A stretch of 60,000 nt of DNA. Origin: Malacoraja senta (taxonomy: Eukaryota). The notes under the pieces were generated by a model, which was given only the letters and a program-made list of their open reading frames with translations, had not been told where the DNA came from and searched no databases. The translations under genes and the position numbers were made by a program. The stretch covers positions 2,048,001 through 2,108,000 of the forward strand of contig CM075992.1 of assembly GCA_038087875.1 (NCBI GenBank). Direction: 5' to 3'. Shown here piece after piece: positions 12,045 through 24,705 of the stretch (within the stretch, counting starts at the first letter, position 1; each line of letters opens with the position of its first letter).

Positions 12045-12939
12045 CCCTTGGCAGCTTTTCTTTCTCTCTCTCTGTCACCCCCTCTCTTTCTCTGTACATG
12101 AACTATAGAACAGTACAGCACAGGGACAGGCCCTTCAGCCCACAATGTCTGTGCCAAACTAATCTCATCAGCCTGCATATGATCCAAATCCCTCCATGCT
12201 CTGCATATCCATGCATCCATTCAAAAACCTCTTGAAATGCAGTCCCTTTAACCCCTCTCTTCAGGTTCTCACCCTCCCATCATCACTTCTCCCACTCCCT
12301 CTTTCTTCTCTTCACTCTTCACACTCCATCATCCCATCCCCCACATCCACTTTCCCGCTCTCTCTTCCACTCTCCCTCTCTCAACCTCTCCCTCGATCCC
12401 CTTTCGCCCTCTTTCTTGCCCTCGTGCTCTCTCTCCCAGATCTCTGCTCCACACCAAAAGCTCTCTGTAGCAAGTGCTTCCTGTCGAAACGTGCTTTATT
12501 TCTTACGAAACGAATGCGTTCCGGATCCTGGATATTGATATAAACCAGGAAATGTTGGAATCGCTCAAATGCGAATGACTGTCTGTGGAGAGACACTCAG
12601 AAGAAACATGTCATATGGTGATCCTTCATCAGATCATTGACCAGAAATATTCACTGTGTTTCCTTTTCCACAGATACTGCCTGACCCAGCTGATCTTTAT
12701 TTCCTGTCTTCCATTTTCAATCCCAACTTTTCCCAGATTTCTACAAAGTACTTCACAGATGCATTATCTGTTGCTTGCTTCTATCTATCTCTGTTCTGTC
12801 GATAGCATAGGATCATTAACTCACTCACTATCCCTTACTCATCTCTGCACAGCCTCTGTCATTAGATGTGTCAGAAGGGAGTTCTGGGTCTGTTACCGAC
12901 TTGTTGGTCCGTGTTGTCACCTCTGTTTGTTTCTTCCAG

Positions 12940-12976
12940 TCATACCGAGGACCTTATCGTCACACCTTTCGCTCAG
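12940..12976 (+). CDS. PDE4A: PDE4A 37-nt UCR1 exon
   Basis: ttccag|T CAT ACC GAG GAC CTT ATC GTC ACA CCT TTC GCT CAG|gtgagt = HTEDLIVTPFAQ, the canonical 37-nt PDE4 exon. Confidence 0.96.
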
Positions 12977-15662
12977 GTGAGTTGAATGTTCAACACCTTC
13001 TTCCAGTCTACCTTTTCCCTCATTCTCTCTCCCTCTGCAACGTTATCACAACCTCGATGGGAATCCCTTAGAAAATCCCACTCTGGAGTAGTTGTGGAAA
13101 CCAGATCCCAGATGGACACAAAACGCTGGAGTAACTTAGCGGGTCAGGCAGCATCTCTGGAGAAAAAGGAGAGGTATGATTGAATGGCAGAGTAGACTTG
13201 ATGGGCCGAATGGCCTAATTCTGCTCCTATCCCCTAGCTCACTTTCTCCCGACTTGTTTACAGAAGACTAGCGTTTCCTTCTGTCTTCCTGCAATTCTTG
13301 TGCTCGTGTTTTCTCTTTGTCCTTCTCGTGCCCTTACGTTTACTGGGCCTATTGATTTCTAGATAATTGTTATATTTTTAACCTAATATCAGCCTTGGTT
13401 TAGCATTTTATTTTAATCTTGGCTTCATTCATCCTTCAGACCGATCTAGCATTTGACTCCCCATCTTGATACCAAAAACAGCGCTCAACTTATCCTTCCA
13501 CGTCTAAACTCTCCCCTGTTCTCTCGCTTACACCTCGTTGTTCGAATTCTTCCCACCGAATGTATCACCTCACACTTTGTAAAACTTCACCAATCATTTG
13601 TCTACCTAAGATAGGCACAAATTGCTGGAGTAACTCAGCGGGCGACGTTTCAGTTCGAGCCCCTTCTTCAGACTGGAGAAGTAGTCTTTCCAGTTGAATC
13701 TGTCTACCCAGTTCTGCCTGTTTAGTTTAGATATACAGCACGGAAACAGGCCCTTCGGCCCACCGAGTCCGCGCCGACCAGCGATTAACACTACCATATA
13801 CACACTAGGGACAATTTTACATTTACACCAAGCCAATTAACCTACAAACCTGTACGTCTTTGGAGTGTGGGAGGAAACCGAAGGTCTCGGAGGAAACCCA
13901 CACATGTCACTGGGAGAAGGTACAAACTCCATATACAGCAAGCACCCGTAGTCAGGATGGAACCCGGGTCTCTGGCGCTATGAGGCAGCAACTCTACCGC
14001 TGCGCCACTGAGCCACCCTCACTATTTGTGATCGCCTCACTATTTGCACACTCGTGTTGCCTGCAGAGCGACAGTTACACACTCACCCCTGGGGAACACC
14101 CTGAGGATTTCCCCGACGTCCGAAAAAACAGCCGCCTGCTCTCAGCTTTCAGTAACGTAACCATCACACCACATCCACTCGAACCCCAGGGGCAGCAATT
14201 CAGTCAACGGGCCTGCGAGGTGGTACTTTCTCAAAGGGCTGCTGAAAGTCCCTAAAAGTTGAATGACTGGTATTTATTAACCCTTACTTTCCCAAGTGGC
14301 AATTAATTTAGTCTCAGAGTTATATTGGTCTTTCCTATTGCTGATAGGAAGCTGGCTAGCCTGCGGTTAATGGTTTAACCCTCTACACTAGCAACACAGA
14401 CGCACAGCTGGTAGAACAGCTGCCTCACAGCTCCAGTGACCTCTGGTCTGTTCTAGCCAATAGACAATAGGTGCAGGCCATTCGGCCCTTTGAGCTAGCA
14501 CCGCCATTCACTGTAATCATGGCTGACCATCCCCAATCCTGCCTTCCCCCATATCCCTTAACTCCGCTATCTTTAAGAGCTCTATCTAACTCTTTCTTCC
14601 GGTCTACTGTTCTATTTTTAACCCCCCTCACCTGTATCCACCTACCGCTTGCATGTTCTTGCTTCATCCCACTCCACCACTTTTTATTGACTAATCACCC
14701 TCAATCCAGATCTCAGTCCACCACAGGTCCAAAGACAACCCTGCGTATTCTTACAGTCCACGGTACTATATTTGAAGTCTCCTTAACTCACCTGTTGCCT
14801 CACCATTGGGAAATGTCCTGTTGTTAAAGCAAGATTGTTCCAAATGTAGAAACAAAACTGAAAATTGGATTACACAAAAAGGACACAAAGTCCTGGAGAA
14901 ACTCGGCGGGTGAGAGAGGCCAGCATCTATGAGCGAAGGGAATAGGTGACGGTTCGGGTCGAGACCCTTCTTCAGTGGATATTGTTAAGGCAGAGATAGA
15001 AAGATTCTTTAGTACGGGTGTCAGGGGTTATGGGGATAAGGCAGGAGGAATGGGTTAGGAGGGAGAGATAGATAAGCCATGATTGAATGGCAGAGTAGAC
15101 GTTAATGGGCCAAATGGCCTAATTCGACTCTTAATCCTTATGACCTTATGACAATAAACTAAACTGGAAACTGCCCTGTCTCCACCTCTTCCTTCCTTCC
15201 CGCCCTCACCACCCCCACATCAGTCTGAAGAAGGGTCTCGACCCGAACGTCACCTATTCCTTTGCTCCATAGATGCTGCCTCACCCGCTGAGTTTCTCCA
15301 GCAATTTGTCTACCTTCGATTTTTCCAGCATCTGCAGTTCTTCTTAACAAAGTGCTGGAGTAACTCGGTGGGTCAGGCAGCATCTCTGGAGAACGTGGCT
15401 GGGTGATGTTTTCAAGAGTCCCGATCTATCCATGTTGTCCAGTGATGGTGCCTGACCTGCTGAGTTACTCCAGCACTCTGTGTCCAGCATTGTTCTGATG
15501 TTGCGGCTGAGGTTCATTTAAGGAGAGTGCGGAGGGAGCTTTACTCAGCGTCCAGCTCCTGCTACCCGCGTGCTGCAAGTGGGACCATGAGTGGGGAATA
15601 TTGCGCGGCTGTGTGTTACGTGAGCCGTCTAGACCAGTGTTCACTGACGACTCTCTTCCCAG

Positions 15663-15732
15663 ATCCTAGCGAGTTTGCGCAGTGTGAGGAACAACTTCAC
15701 TGTCCTGGCCAACACACAGGGCCTCCAAACAA
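15663..15732 (+). CDS. PDE4A: PDE4A UCR1-end/LR1 exon (apparent 1-nt deletion at 15719-15721)
   Basis: cccag|ATC CTA GCG AGT TTG CGC AGT GTG AGG AAC AAC TTC... = ILASLRSVRNNFTVLANTQ; donor AA|gtgagt. The exon is 70 nt, but 71 nt are needed to keep the frame into exon 18802. Confidence 0.92.
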
Positions 15733-15811
15733 GTGAGTAGCCGCATCCGATGCACGCAGCCAGCTCGTGCTGTGGTCTGGACATTGTCCCACTCATAGAA
15801 CTCTGCATTAA

Positions 15812-15826
15812 CTGTGTGTGTGTGTC

Positions 15827-15864
<38 letters not shown>

Positions 15865-16635
15865 CTGTGTGTGTCTGTGTGTGTGTGGCTGTGTGTGTGT
15901 CTGTGAGTGTGTGTGGCTGTGTCTGTGTGTGTGTGTGTGTGTGTGCGTGTCTGTGTGTGTGTCTGTGTGAGTTTGGTGTGTGTGTGTGTCTGTGTGTGTG
16001 GCTGTGTGTGCGTGTGCTGTGTGTGTGTGGCTGTGTGTGTGTATGTGTGTGTCTGTGTGCGTGTTCTGTGTGTGTGTGTGTTTGTCTGTGTGTGTGTGTG
16101 TCTGTGTGTGCGTGTCTGTGTGTGTGGCTGTGTGTGTGTCTGTCTGTGTGTGTGTGTCTGTCTGTGTGTGTGTGTGTGTCTGTCTGTGTGTGTGTGTGTG
16201 TGTGTGTGGCTGTGTGTGTGTCTGTCTGTGTGTGTGTGTGTCTGTCTGTGTGTGTGTGTCTGTCTGTGTGTGTGTGTGTGTGTGTGTGTGGCTGTGTGTG
16301 TGTCTGTCTGTGTGTGTGTGTGTCTGTCTGTGTGTGTGTGTGTGTCTGTCTGTGTGTGTGTGTGTGTCTGTGTTTGCTCGTGTTGTGTGTGTGTGTCTGT
16401 GTGTGTGGTGTGTGTGTGTGTGTCTGTCTGTGTGTGTGTCTGTCTGTGTGTGTGTGTGTCTGTCTGTGTGTGTGTCTGTCTGTGTGTGTGTGTCTGTGTG
16501 TGTGTGTGTCTGTCTGTGTGTGTGTGTCTGTGTGTGTGTGTCTGTGCGTGTGTGTGTGTGTCTGTGTGTGTGTGTCTGTGTGTGTGCGTGTGTGTGCGTC
16601 TGTGCGTGTGCCTCCGTGTGCGTGTGTGTGTGTTT
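15812..16635. repeat. Compound (GT)n microsatellite
   Basis: About 820 bp of GT/GTCT/GGCT repeats. Confidence 0.97.
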
Positions 16636-16740
16636 ATGCATATGTCATTTATATATTGTGTAGAAACAAGGAACTGCAGATGCAGGTTACAAAAGAAGAC
16701 ACAAAGTGCAGGAATAACTGAAGAAGGGTCCCGAACCCAA

Positions 16741-17022
16741 ACGTCACCTATCCATGTTCTCCACAGATGCTGCCTGACCCGCTGAGTTACTCCATCACTC
16801 TGTGAAACGTCACCTATCCATGTTCTCCACAGATGCTGCCTGACCCGCTGAGTTACTCCAGCACTCTGTGAAACGTCACCTATCCATGTTCTCCACAGAT
16901 GCTGCCTGACCCGCTGAGTTACTCCAGCACTCTGTGAAACGTCACCTATCCATGTTCTCCACAGATGCTGCCTGACCTGCTGAGTTACTCCAGCACTCTG
17001 TGAGACGTCACCTATCCATGTT
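16741..17022. repeat. 66-bp tandem repeat derived from the Penelope terminus (about 4.3 copies)
   Basis: ACGTCACCTATCCATGTTCTCCACAGATGCTGCCTGACCCGCTGAGTTACTCCAGCACTCTGTGAA with units starting at 16741, 16807, 16873, 16939 and 17005. Confidence 0.93.
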
Positions 17023-18801
17023 CCGGCAGCATCTATGGGAGCGAAGGAAATAGGCAACGTTTCGGCCCGAAACCCTTCCGGGTTTCGGCCCGAAACTTTG
17101 CCTATTTCCTTCAGGGTTTCAGCCCGAAAGGTTGCCCATTCCTTCGCTCCACAGATGCTGCCTGACCCCTGAGTTACTCCAGCACTCTGTGTCTTCTATC
17201 TGACTAAGATTGCTTGTGTCTTAATTTGTATATACCTCTGTACATCTTGGTGTATATGCATGTGTATATTTTTACATTTATCTTTGTCTGTGTGTGTGTA
17301 TATGTCTGTGTGCGTGTTTGTATGAGTGTGTATATGTGTGTGTGTGGATGTATGTGAGTGTGTGTGTGTGTGTATATGTGTGTTGTCCGTGTGTGTTTGT
17401 GTATATGTGTTTGCACACTGGGGATATTGCATTCAGCAGACGTTGAAGTCTGGAGCAAGCTTTCCCCCGCTGTGTGTTCTGTGGGCAGTGCTGGCAGTGT
17501 AGGGTTTTGTCTCCAGAGGGCAGTAGAAGCCTGTTGTGGCAGTAGGTGCAGTGCCCCAGATCGGTGAGATGGGTGAGAGTGGAAGAGGAATCTCGGGCTG
17601 ATTTCATTGCAGTGTCCGAGAGCACTCACTGCTTGCAACTCCGACAATCACAAAGAATCCACTCGCAATAAAATAAACTCACCATCAAGCCAGGCAGTGG
17701 GATCACCACAGATTGTCTGAAGAAGGTTTTCGGCCCGAACGTTACCTATTTCCTTCGCTCCATAGATGCTGCTGCACCCCGCTGAGTTTCCTCCAGCATT
17801 TTTGTGTACCTATGATTTATTCTGGGCTTGTCCTGCTATCTATGTGTAGGAATGAACTGCAGATGCCGGTTTACACCAAAGATAGACACAGAATGCTGGA
17901 GTAACTCCGCAGGACAGGCAGCATCTCTGGGAGAGAAGGAATATAGGTTCGAGAGGCTGGTTCAGACTGAATGACTAGGGACACTCAGTCTGGATAGACT
18001 GGATAGACTCTGGCTTGTACTCGCTAGAATTTAGAAGATTGAGGGGGGATCTTATAGAAACGTACAAAATTCTTAAGGGGTTGGACAGGCTAGATGCAAG
18101 AAGATTGTTCCCGATGTTGGGGAAGTCCAGCACAAGGGGTTACAGTTTAAGGATAAGGGGGAAGTCTTTTAGGACCGAGATGAGAAAAAAAAATTCACAC
18201 AGAGAGTGGTGAATCTGTGGAATTCTCTGCCGCAGAGGCTATATTTAAGAGGGAGTTAGATGTGGCCCTTGTGGCTAAAGGGATCAGGGGGTATGGAGAG
18301 AAGGCAGGTACAGGATACTGAGTTGGATGATCAGCCATGATCATATTGAATGGCGGTGCTGGCTCGAAGGGCCAAATGGCCTCCTCCTGCACCTATTTTC
18401 TATGTTTCTATGTATGTTTCTATGGCAATTTTTACATTTACACCAAATCAATTAACCTACAAACCTGTACGCCTTTGGAGTGCGGGAGGAAACCGAAAAT
18501 CCAGGAGGAAAACCCCCGCAGGTCACGGGGAGAAGGTACAAACTCCGCACGGACAGCACCCGCAGTCAGGATCGAACCTGGGTCTATGGCGCTGTAAAGC
18601 AGCAACCTTAGCGCTGCGCCACCTTGTATCTTGCAGCGTGATACCTGCGTGCATTGTGTCGGTGTGCTGTGAGCTGTCGGTCTATACAACATAGCCTGTT
18701 TGCATCCTACCTGCGTGCACTGTGCCTGGTTGATGTTGCCACACGTGCCTGCATCCCGTGCCACCTGTGATACTCACCTGTTGTTCTCCTTTCCTTCACA
18801 G

Positions 18802-18845
18802 GAGGTCTCCCGTGACACCGCAGCCTGCACTCTGCACCCTGTCAG
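18802..18845 (+). CDS. PDE4A: PDE4A LR1 linker exon
   Basis: ttcacag|G AGG TCT CCC GTG ACA CCG CAG CCT GCA CTC TGC ACC CTG TCA G|gtaatg = (K)RSPVTPQPALCTLS(D), phase 2/1. Resembles human KRSPLGGPTPVCKATLSE. Confidence 0.88.
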
Positions 18846-19152
18846 GTAATGAGTCCCTTAGATAATGGCTCCTTCTACCTGCAGCGGCTGTTAACTCTGA
18901 CTGTCTGGTTTGGGGTCTTTGGAGCAGCGGGATGGAATAATAATCCTCCAAGATTCCGTGCTCCTCTAATTCCACGTTCACTCCCCCACCCCCCCCCACC
19001 CACCCCCCCCCCGATTTCAATCACTGCACACCCGCTCCACCTTGGATGGAGCTGTTCCCAGACCGTGCGGTGATGCATCCTGATAAAATGCTCTCCATGG
19101 CGCATCTGTAGAAGTTGGTGAGAGTTGTAGGGGACATGCCGAACTTCCTAAA

Positions 19153-19472
19153 AGCCCTGTCCCACGGTACGAGTTCATTCCAAGAGCTCTCCCTGATTCG
19201 AACTCGGGAGATTTACGGTAATGACCGCTCGTCGGTACTCGGGGCTCTCGTGGACATTTTTCAACGTGTTGAAAAAATCTTCGCGAGTCTTCCCGAGCTT
19301 ACCTGCCGTTAGCGAGTCTTCCCGAGTATCTTGCCGTTAGAGTTACGAGCCGCTAAGGGACGTCCCCGAGCTCCGACGTACCCGCTACGTTCATTCTCCG
19401 TGCTTACCACGAGTTTGATTTTTTTAAACTCGGGAGAGCTCTTGGAATGAACTCTCACCGTGGGACAGGGCT
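19153..19472. mobile_element. MITE with 41-bp TIRs (PIF/Harbinger-like)
   Basis: The left end AGCCCTGTCCCACGGTACGAGTTCATTCCAAGAGCTCTCCC matches the reverse complement of the right end with 2 mismatches. TAA/TTA-like flanks; inserted in a LINE remnant. Confidence 0.85.
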
Positions 19473-20300
19473 ATTAGCCTTCTAAGGAAGTAGAGACTTC
19501 TAAAGGCGCAAGGAGGTACCACACACAGAGGGCGAGACGGTGTGAGCAACAGGAGAACATGTGTTCAGAGGCATGTGTGGACAAGGACACAGGCTGGGCT
19601 CACATCCATTAGGATTAAAATACGGACCAAGTAACTTGTTTAAAACCCTTCCAGATCCTGAGGGGTCTTGACGAGGTGGATGAGCTCCTAAGTTATATAT
19701 TTATCTGAGTATTCAATGGTGTGGGTGTGTTAGTCAAAAGTCAAGTGTTTTATTTGTCATATGTCCCAGAATGGAACAATGACATTCTCACTTGCAGCAG
19801 CAAAACAGATATGTAAACATAGTACTCTGTCAAACCCGTAATAAACAACAAAATAAAATGCTCACCGTATATAAAAAATACAGACAAATAAATAGGCAAT
19901 AGTAGTGCAAAGTAAAAAAAATGTCCCCCAGTCTCTATAGTTCAGAGCCTCTTTGGAGGTTGTAGTGCTTCATAGCCTGGTGGTTGCAGGGAAGAAGCTG
20001 CTCCTGAACCTGGACGTTACAGTTTTCAGGCTCCTGTATCTTCTTCCCGATGGCAGGGGTGAAATGAGAGCGTGGCCAGGGTGGTGTGGGTCTCTGATGA
20101 TGGTGGTTGTATTTTAGAGGCAGCGCCTCTTGTAGATCGCTTCGATGGTGCGGGGTAACGCCTGTAAGGGGAGCTATGCTGGGGTTGGTGTGTGTGCGGG
20201 AGGGTCTGAGCGATGTGGGTTCGGAGCTGCATACCGCACCCTGGGTCTAGGGCCTGCCACAGCTCCTCTCAACCCATCTGCTGTGCATCCTTGCTTCCAG

Positions 20301-20413
20301 ATGAAACGTACCAGCAGCTGGCGAAGGAAACGCTGGAGGAGTTGGACTGGTGTCTGGACCAGCTGGAGACCATCCAGACATACCGATCGGTCAGCGAGAT
20401 GGCCACGAACAAG
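20301..20413 (+). CDS. PDE4A: PDE4A UCR2 N-terminal exon (113 nt)
   Basis: ttccag|AT GAA...AAC AAG|gttaga = [38 protein letters not shown], the canonical 113-nt PDE4 exon. Confidence 0.97.
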
Positions 20414-20571
20414 GTTAGAGGGTTTGGGGTGGATGAGGGGGTGGGATTGGCGGGCGGGAAGTGGAACTGGAGCATAGGGAAGAGCCAGATGTAGCATTGC
20501 TGCTGGGATTGGGTGTGTGTGCAACGTGGCCTGGTGAGAGTTTGGTGGTGGCCGGTTGCTTGGTGTATTAG

Positions 20572-21146
20572 TTGGTGATGGGTGGAGATGGTGATGAGTT
20601 GGGGTTGGTGATGGGTTGGGGTTGGTGATGGGTTGGGGTTGGGGTTGGTGATGGGTTGGGGTTGGTGATGGGTGGGTGGAGATGGTGATGGGTTGGGGTT
20701 GGTGATGGGTTGGGGTTGGTGATGGGTTGGAGTTGGTGATGGGGTTGGAGTTGGTGATGGGTTGGGGTTGGGGTTGGTGATGGGTTGGAGTTGGGGTTGG
20801 TGATGGTTTGGGGTGGGTGATGGGTTGGGGTTGGTGATGGGTTGGGGTGGGTGATGGGGTTGGGGTTGATGATGGGTTGGTGATGGGGTTGGAGTTGGTG
20901 ATGGGGTGGGGTTGATGATGGGTTGGGGTTGGGGTTGGTGATGGGTTGGGGTTAGTGATGGGTTGGAGTTGGTGATGGGTTGGAGTTGGGGTTGGTGATG
21001 GGTTGGAGTTGGGGTTGGTGATGGGTTGGGGTTGGTGATGGGTTGGAGTTGGTGATGGGGTGGGGTTGGGGTTGTTGATGGGTTGGGGTTGGTGATGGTT
21101 GGAGTTGGGGTTGGTGATGGGTTGGGTTTGATGGTGTGTTGGGGTT
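20572..21146. repeat. G-rich (GGTTGGGGTTGGTGATG)n minisatellite
   Basis: Directly visible 17/23-bp variant units built from TTGGGG and TGATGG. Confidence 0.95.
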
Positions 21147-24100
21147 CAGTAAAGATCTATTGTGACACAAAGTGCTGGAGTAACTCAGTGGAACTTTGGA
21201 GAATGTGGAAAAGTGACATTTTGGGTCGGGACCCTTCTTCAAGACCCAACCCAAAGTGTCAACTGTTCTCCAAAGATGCTGCCTGACCGGCTGAATTTCT
21301 CAAGCACTTTGTGTGTGTTTTTGTTGTAAACCATAGTTCACTGTTGCTACTATGATGTGGTGCGGTTGCTTTAGTTGTAGTGGGTTGCAATGAGGGACAG
21401 CTTTGCATTCGCTCTCTGGTCATGTGCCGTGTGTCCACTGAGGTGTATCAGTCTCTCTGGGATGGTGTACATGTGGCATTTTCTATCCCCACAGAGTGTG
21501 AGCTGAGAACTACACAGTCACACCATGCTTTAGGACTGTCCCAAACCTGTTCATTCAACAGAGTAAAACGGGCAGCTTTTGCTAAAAGCCCAGATCCCAG
21601 GAGCAAAAGATCATTTTAAACGTCCTGAGATGCCTGGTGCTCAGGTAGTCTGCAGAGGTTGCAGGGACACACTGCTGACAATGACAACATTTCATGCTCA
21701 CTCCTGTAACCAGAGCAGGGATGGTGATGAGCCACCAGCTGGAACTGCTGGACAGGTGACTCCCACTGAGTTATTAGACGGTATGATTGACCTTGTGGTG
21801 AGCTTGCCGTTGCACTGCTTGGTAGTGGAGACTGTGGCATTGGGAGGAGCCTGTGGACTAGCCTGTGTGTAACTGCAGTACATTGTGTAGATGGTACACT
21901 CCTCACTGTGGTGGAGGGAGAGAATCTTCACCGTGGTCGATGGGGTGCCAGTCAACCTAGTTGCCTAGCCTTGAATGGCTTTAATCAGTTTAGTTTAATG
22001 TCACGTGTACCGAGGTACAGTGAAAAGCTTTTGTTGCGTGCTAACCAGTCAGCGGAAAGACAATACATGATTACAATCGAGCCATTTACAGTGTGCAGAT
22101 ACATGATAAGGGAATAACGTTTAGTGCAAGGTAAAGCCAGCAAAGGCCATTCAAGGATAGTCCGAGGGTCACCAATGAGGTAGATAGTAGTTCAGGACTG
22201 CTCTCTGGTTGTGGTAGGATGGTTCAGTTGCAGGAGTAGAGATTTAAGAGTGTGGAGCGATTGTAATATGTGACTGTAGATCTGCTTCTGTGGCCAGCAC
22301 GCAATAGTCGCCTGGGCTGGGCGCCATCTTGGAAGCAAGATGAGTCTCTTGAGCTGTTGGAGCTGCCTTATTGAGGCAAACAACAGTATCACCAACGTGG
22401 CATTCTGGATTGTGGCACTGAAGAAGTGAATGTTGGAACTTCATACCCAACGACACAATGGTGGAACCTCACAGCGATTTAAGTAGGTGGCTGACCACCA
22501 CCACCATGTCAAGGGGAGTTAGAGTTGGGCAATATATGTTGCCCTTGCAGCAATGCCTGCACCCAGCCAGGTGGATAAAACACCTTCACCGCCCCAATCT
22601 CTGGAGCTAACGTCCATATTCCACTCTGTGGTTAATTGCCAGTAACGCCGAATTTCGGACTTTTATATTAATTGAGAATTGATCTGCAATTGTCTGACCT
22701 CTAATTATTGAGAGCCAAAGCTGTCAATACTGCTCTCAATAACTTCTGGACCTGAATCCTAAAGAGAGAGAGAGAGATACTTTAGTCTAAGCTTGTGTTC
22801 CTTTGAGTAAGAGATTGAAAGGATTAAAATGATGTGACCTTCACTTTGGTCTGCCTAAACCCTAACTTCCTCATGGACCTCTGGGGAGACAAGGGGTCCT
22901 AGTGTGTCACCACTTGAAGGTATTCAGTTCACCACTGATGCTTTCAATGTGTTACGAAGCCAGGTGTTTAGTAAGACTGAGATTAACTCAGAACAAGAAA
23001 GGTTGGTACAGTAAATATGGATTGTGAGCATCAGACAGTCCACCCGTCCTAGTCATGCCAACTCCAGATGCCAGTACTCCCGCTATCCTGACATCGGTAC
23101 CCTAGGCTGTGCCCGGAACGTCACCCATTCCTTCTCTCCAGAGATGCTCCCTGTCCACGGAGATACCCCAGCATTTTGTGTCTATCTTCGGTGTAGACCA
23201 GCACCTGCAGTTCCTTCCTACACATTTTGTCCGCAAAATCTGCTCAAGGTATGTCTACTTGGCAGAAGTTCTCCTCCTCTCTCCGACGAGGGTTCTGCAA
23301 CACCTCTCTCACTGTTCCCCCTCTGTGACTCCTCCTGCCCTCCCACTACGACCACGTTCAACCCAGACTCGCTACCACAGTCACGTGTGACTTTATTGCA
23401 TATCTTTCATTCATTGTTCTTTATCTCTCTACATCATCGTCTATATGTCTCTTTGCCCTTTTCCCTAACTAGTCTGAAGAAGGGTCCCGACCCGAACGTC
23501 ACCCTTCCTTCTCTCCAGAGATGCTGCCTGTCCCGCTGAGTTACTCCAGCTTTTTTGTGTCTGTCTTCCTCAGAGGGGATCTTATAGAAACGTACAAAAT
23601 TCATATGGGGTTGGACAGGCTAGATGCAGGAAGATTGTTCCCGATGTTGGGGAAGTCCAGGACAAGGGTCACAGCTTAAGGATAAGGGGGAAATCCTTTA
23701 AGACCGAGATGAGGAAAAACTTTTTCACACAGAGAGTGGTGAATCTCTGGAACTCTCTGCCACAGAGGGTAGTTTGAGGCCAGTTCATTGGCTATATTTA
23801 AGAGGGAGTTAGATGTGGCCCTTGTGGCTAAAGGGATCAGGGGGTATGGAGAGAAGGCAGGTACGGGATACTGAGTTGGATGATCAGCCATGATCATATT
23901 GAATGGCGGTGCAGGCTCGAAGGGCCCAAGGCCTACTCCTGCACCTATTTTCTATGTTTCTATGTTTCTAAACCAGAATCTGCAGTTCCTTCCTACACAT
24001 GAACTATAATTGTTGTGGATCAGCCAGTTCTAGATATGTGAATATCAATACAGATAGTTGATAGTTAATACAGATAGCCTCAACGTGGCCCAATATCATT

Positions 24101-24286
24101 GTAGCAAATCATCATTACACTTGTACTCAAATTCCCTTGCAATGAAGGCTGGCATGACATTTGCCTTGCTAATTTCCTGTTGTGTCTGCATTAAGTGAAG
24201 CACAAAGACTCGGTGGGCCGAAGGGCCTGTTTTTGCTCTGTATCTCTAAACTAAACTAAACAACCTCCCAAACCACCTCAGGTGCC

Positions 24287-24705
24287 TGGCGATCGCTTCG
24301 CCCAACACCTCCGCTCGGTTCGCACTAACCAACCCGATCTCCCGGTGGCCTCAGCACTTCAACTCCCCCTCCCGTTCCCAATCCGACCTTTCTGTCCAGG
24401 GCCTCCTCCATGGCCAGAGTGAGGACCACCGTAAATTGGAGGAGCAGCACCTCATATTTCGCTTGGGCAGTTTACACCCCAGCGGTATGAACATTGACTT
24501 CTCTAATTTCAGGTAGTCCCTGCTTTCTCCTCCCCTTCTCAGCTCTCCCTCAGCCCACTGGCTCCACCTCTTCCTTTCTTCTTCCCCCCCCACCCCCCCA
24601 CCCTCACATCAGTTTGAAGAAGGGTCTCGACCCGAAACGTCACCTATTTCCTTCGCTCCATAGATGCTGCCTCACCCGCTGAGTTCCTCCAGCATTTCTG
24701 TCTAC
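24287..24705 (+). mobile_element. Penelope-like element 3' fragment
   Basis: GDRFAQHLRSVR...QHFNSPS...KLEEQHLIFRLGSLHPSGMNIDFSNF plus the same terminal repeat. Similar copies at 29360-29590 (-), 37315-37900 (+) and 43175-43690/45178-45350 (+). Confidence 0.85.

Noticed and set aside
11594..12220. Glu/Arg-rich 208-aa ORF
   Set aside because: Translation of the (CT)n/(AG)n array.
16741..17022. Regular direct repeats resembling a CRISPR array
   Set aside because: There are no unique spacers, the context is eukaryotic and the unit derives from the Penelope terminus.
15666..17057. Long His/Thr-rich and Cys/Val-rich ORFs (up to 463 aa)
   Set aside because: Artefacts of the (GT)n microsatellite and the 66-bp tandem repeat.
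11471..20413. Assignment to PDE4B, PDE4C or PDE4D
   Set aside because: [20 protein letters not shown] and especially the PDE4A1-type first exon support PDE4A.
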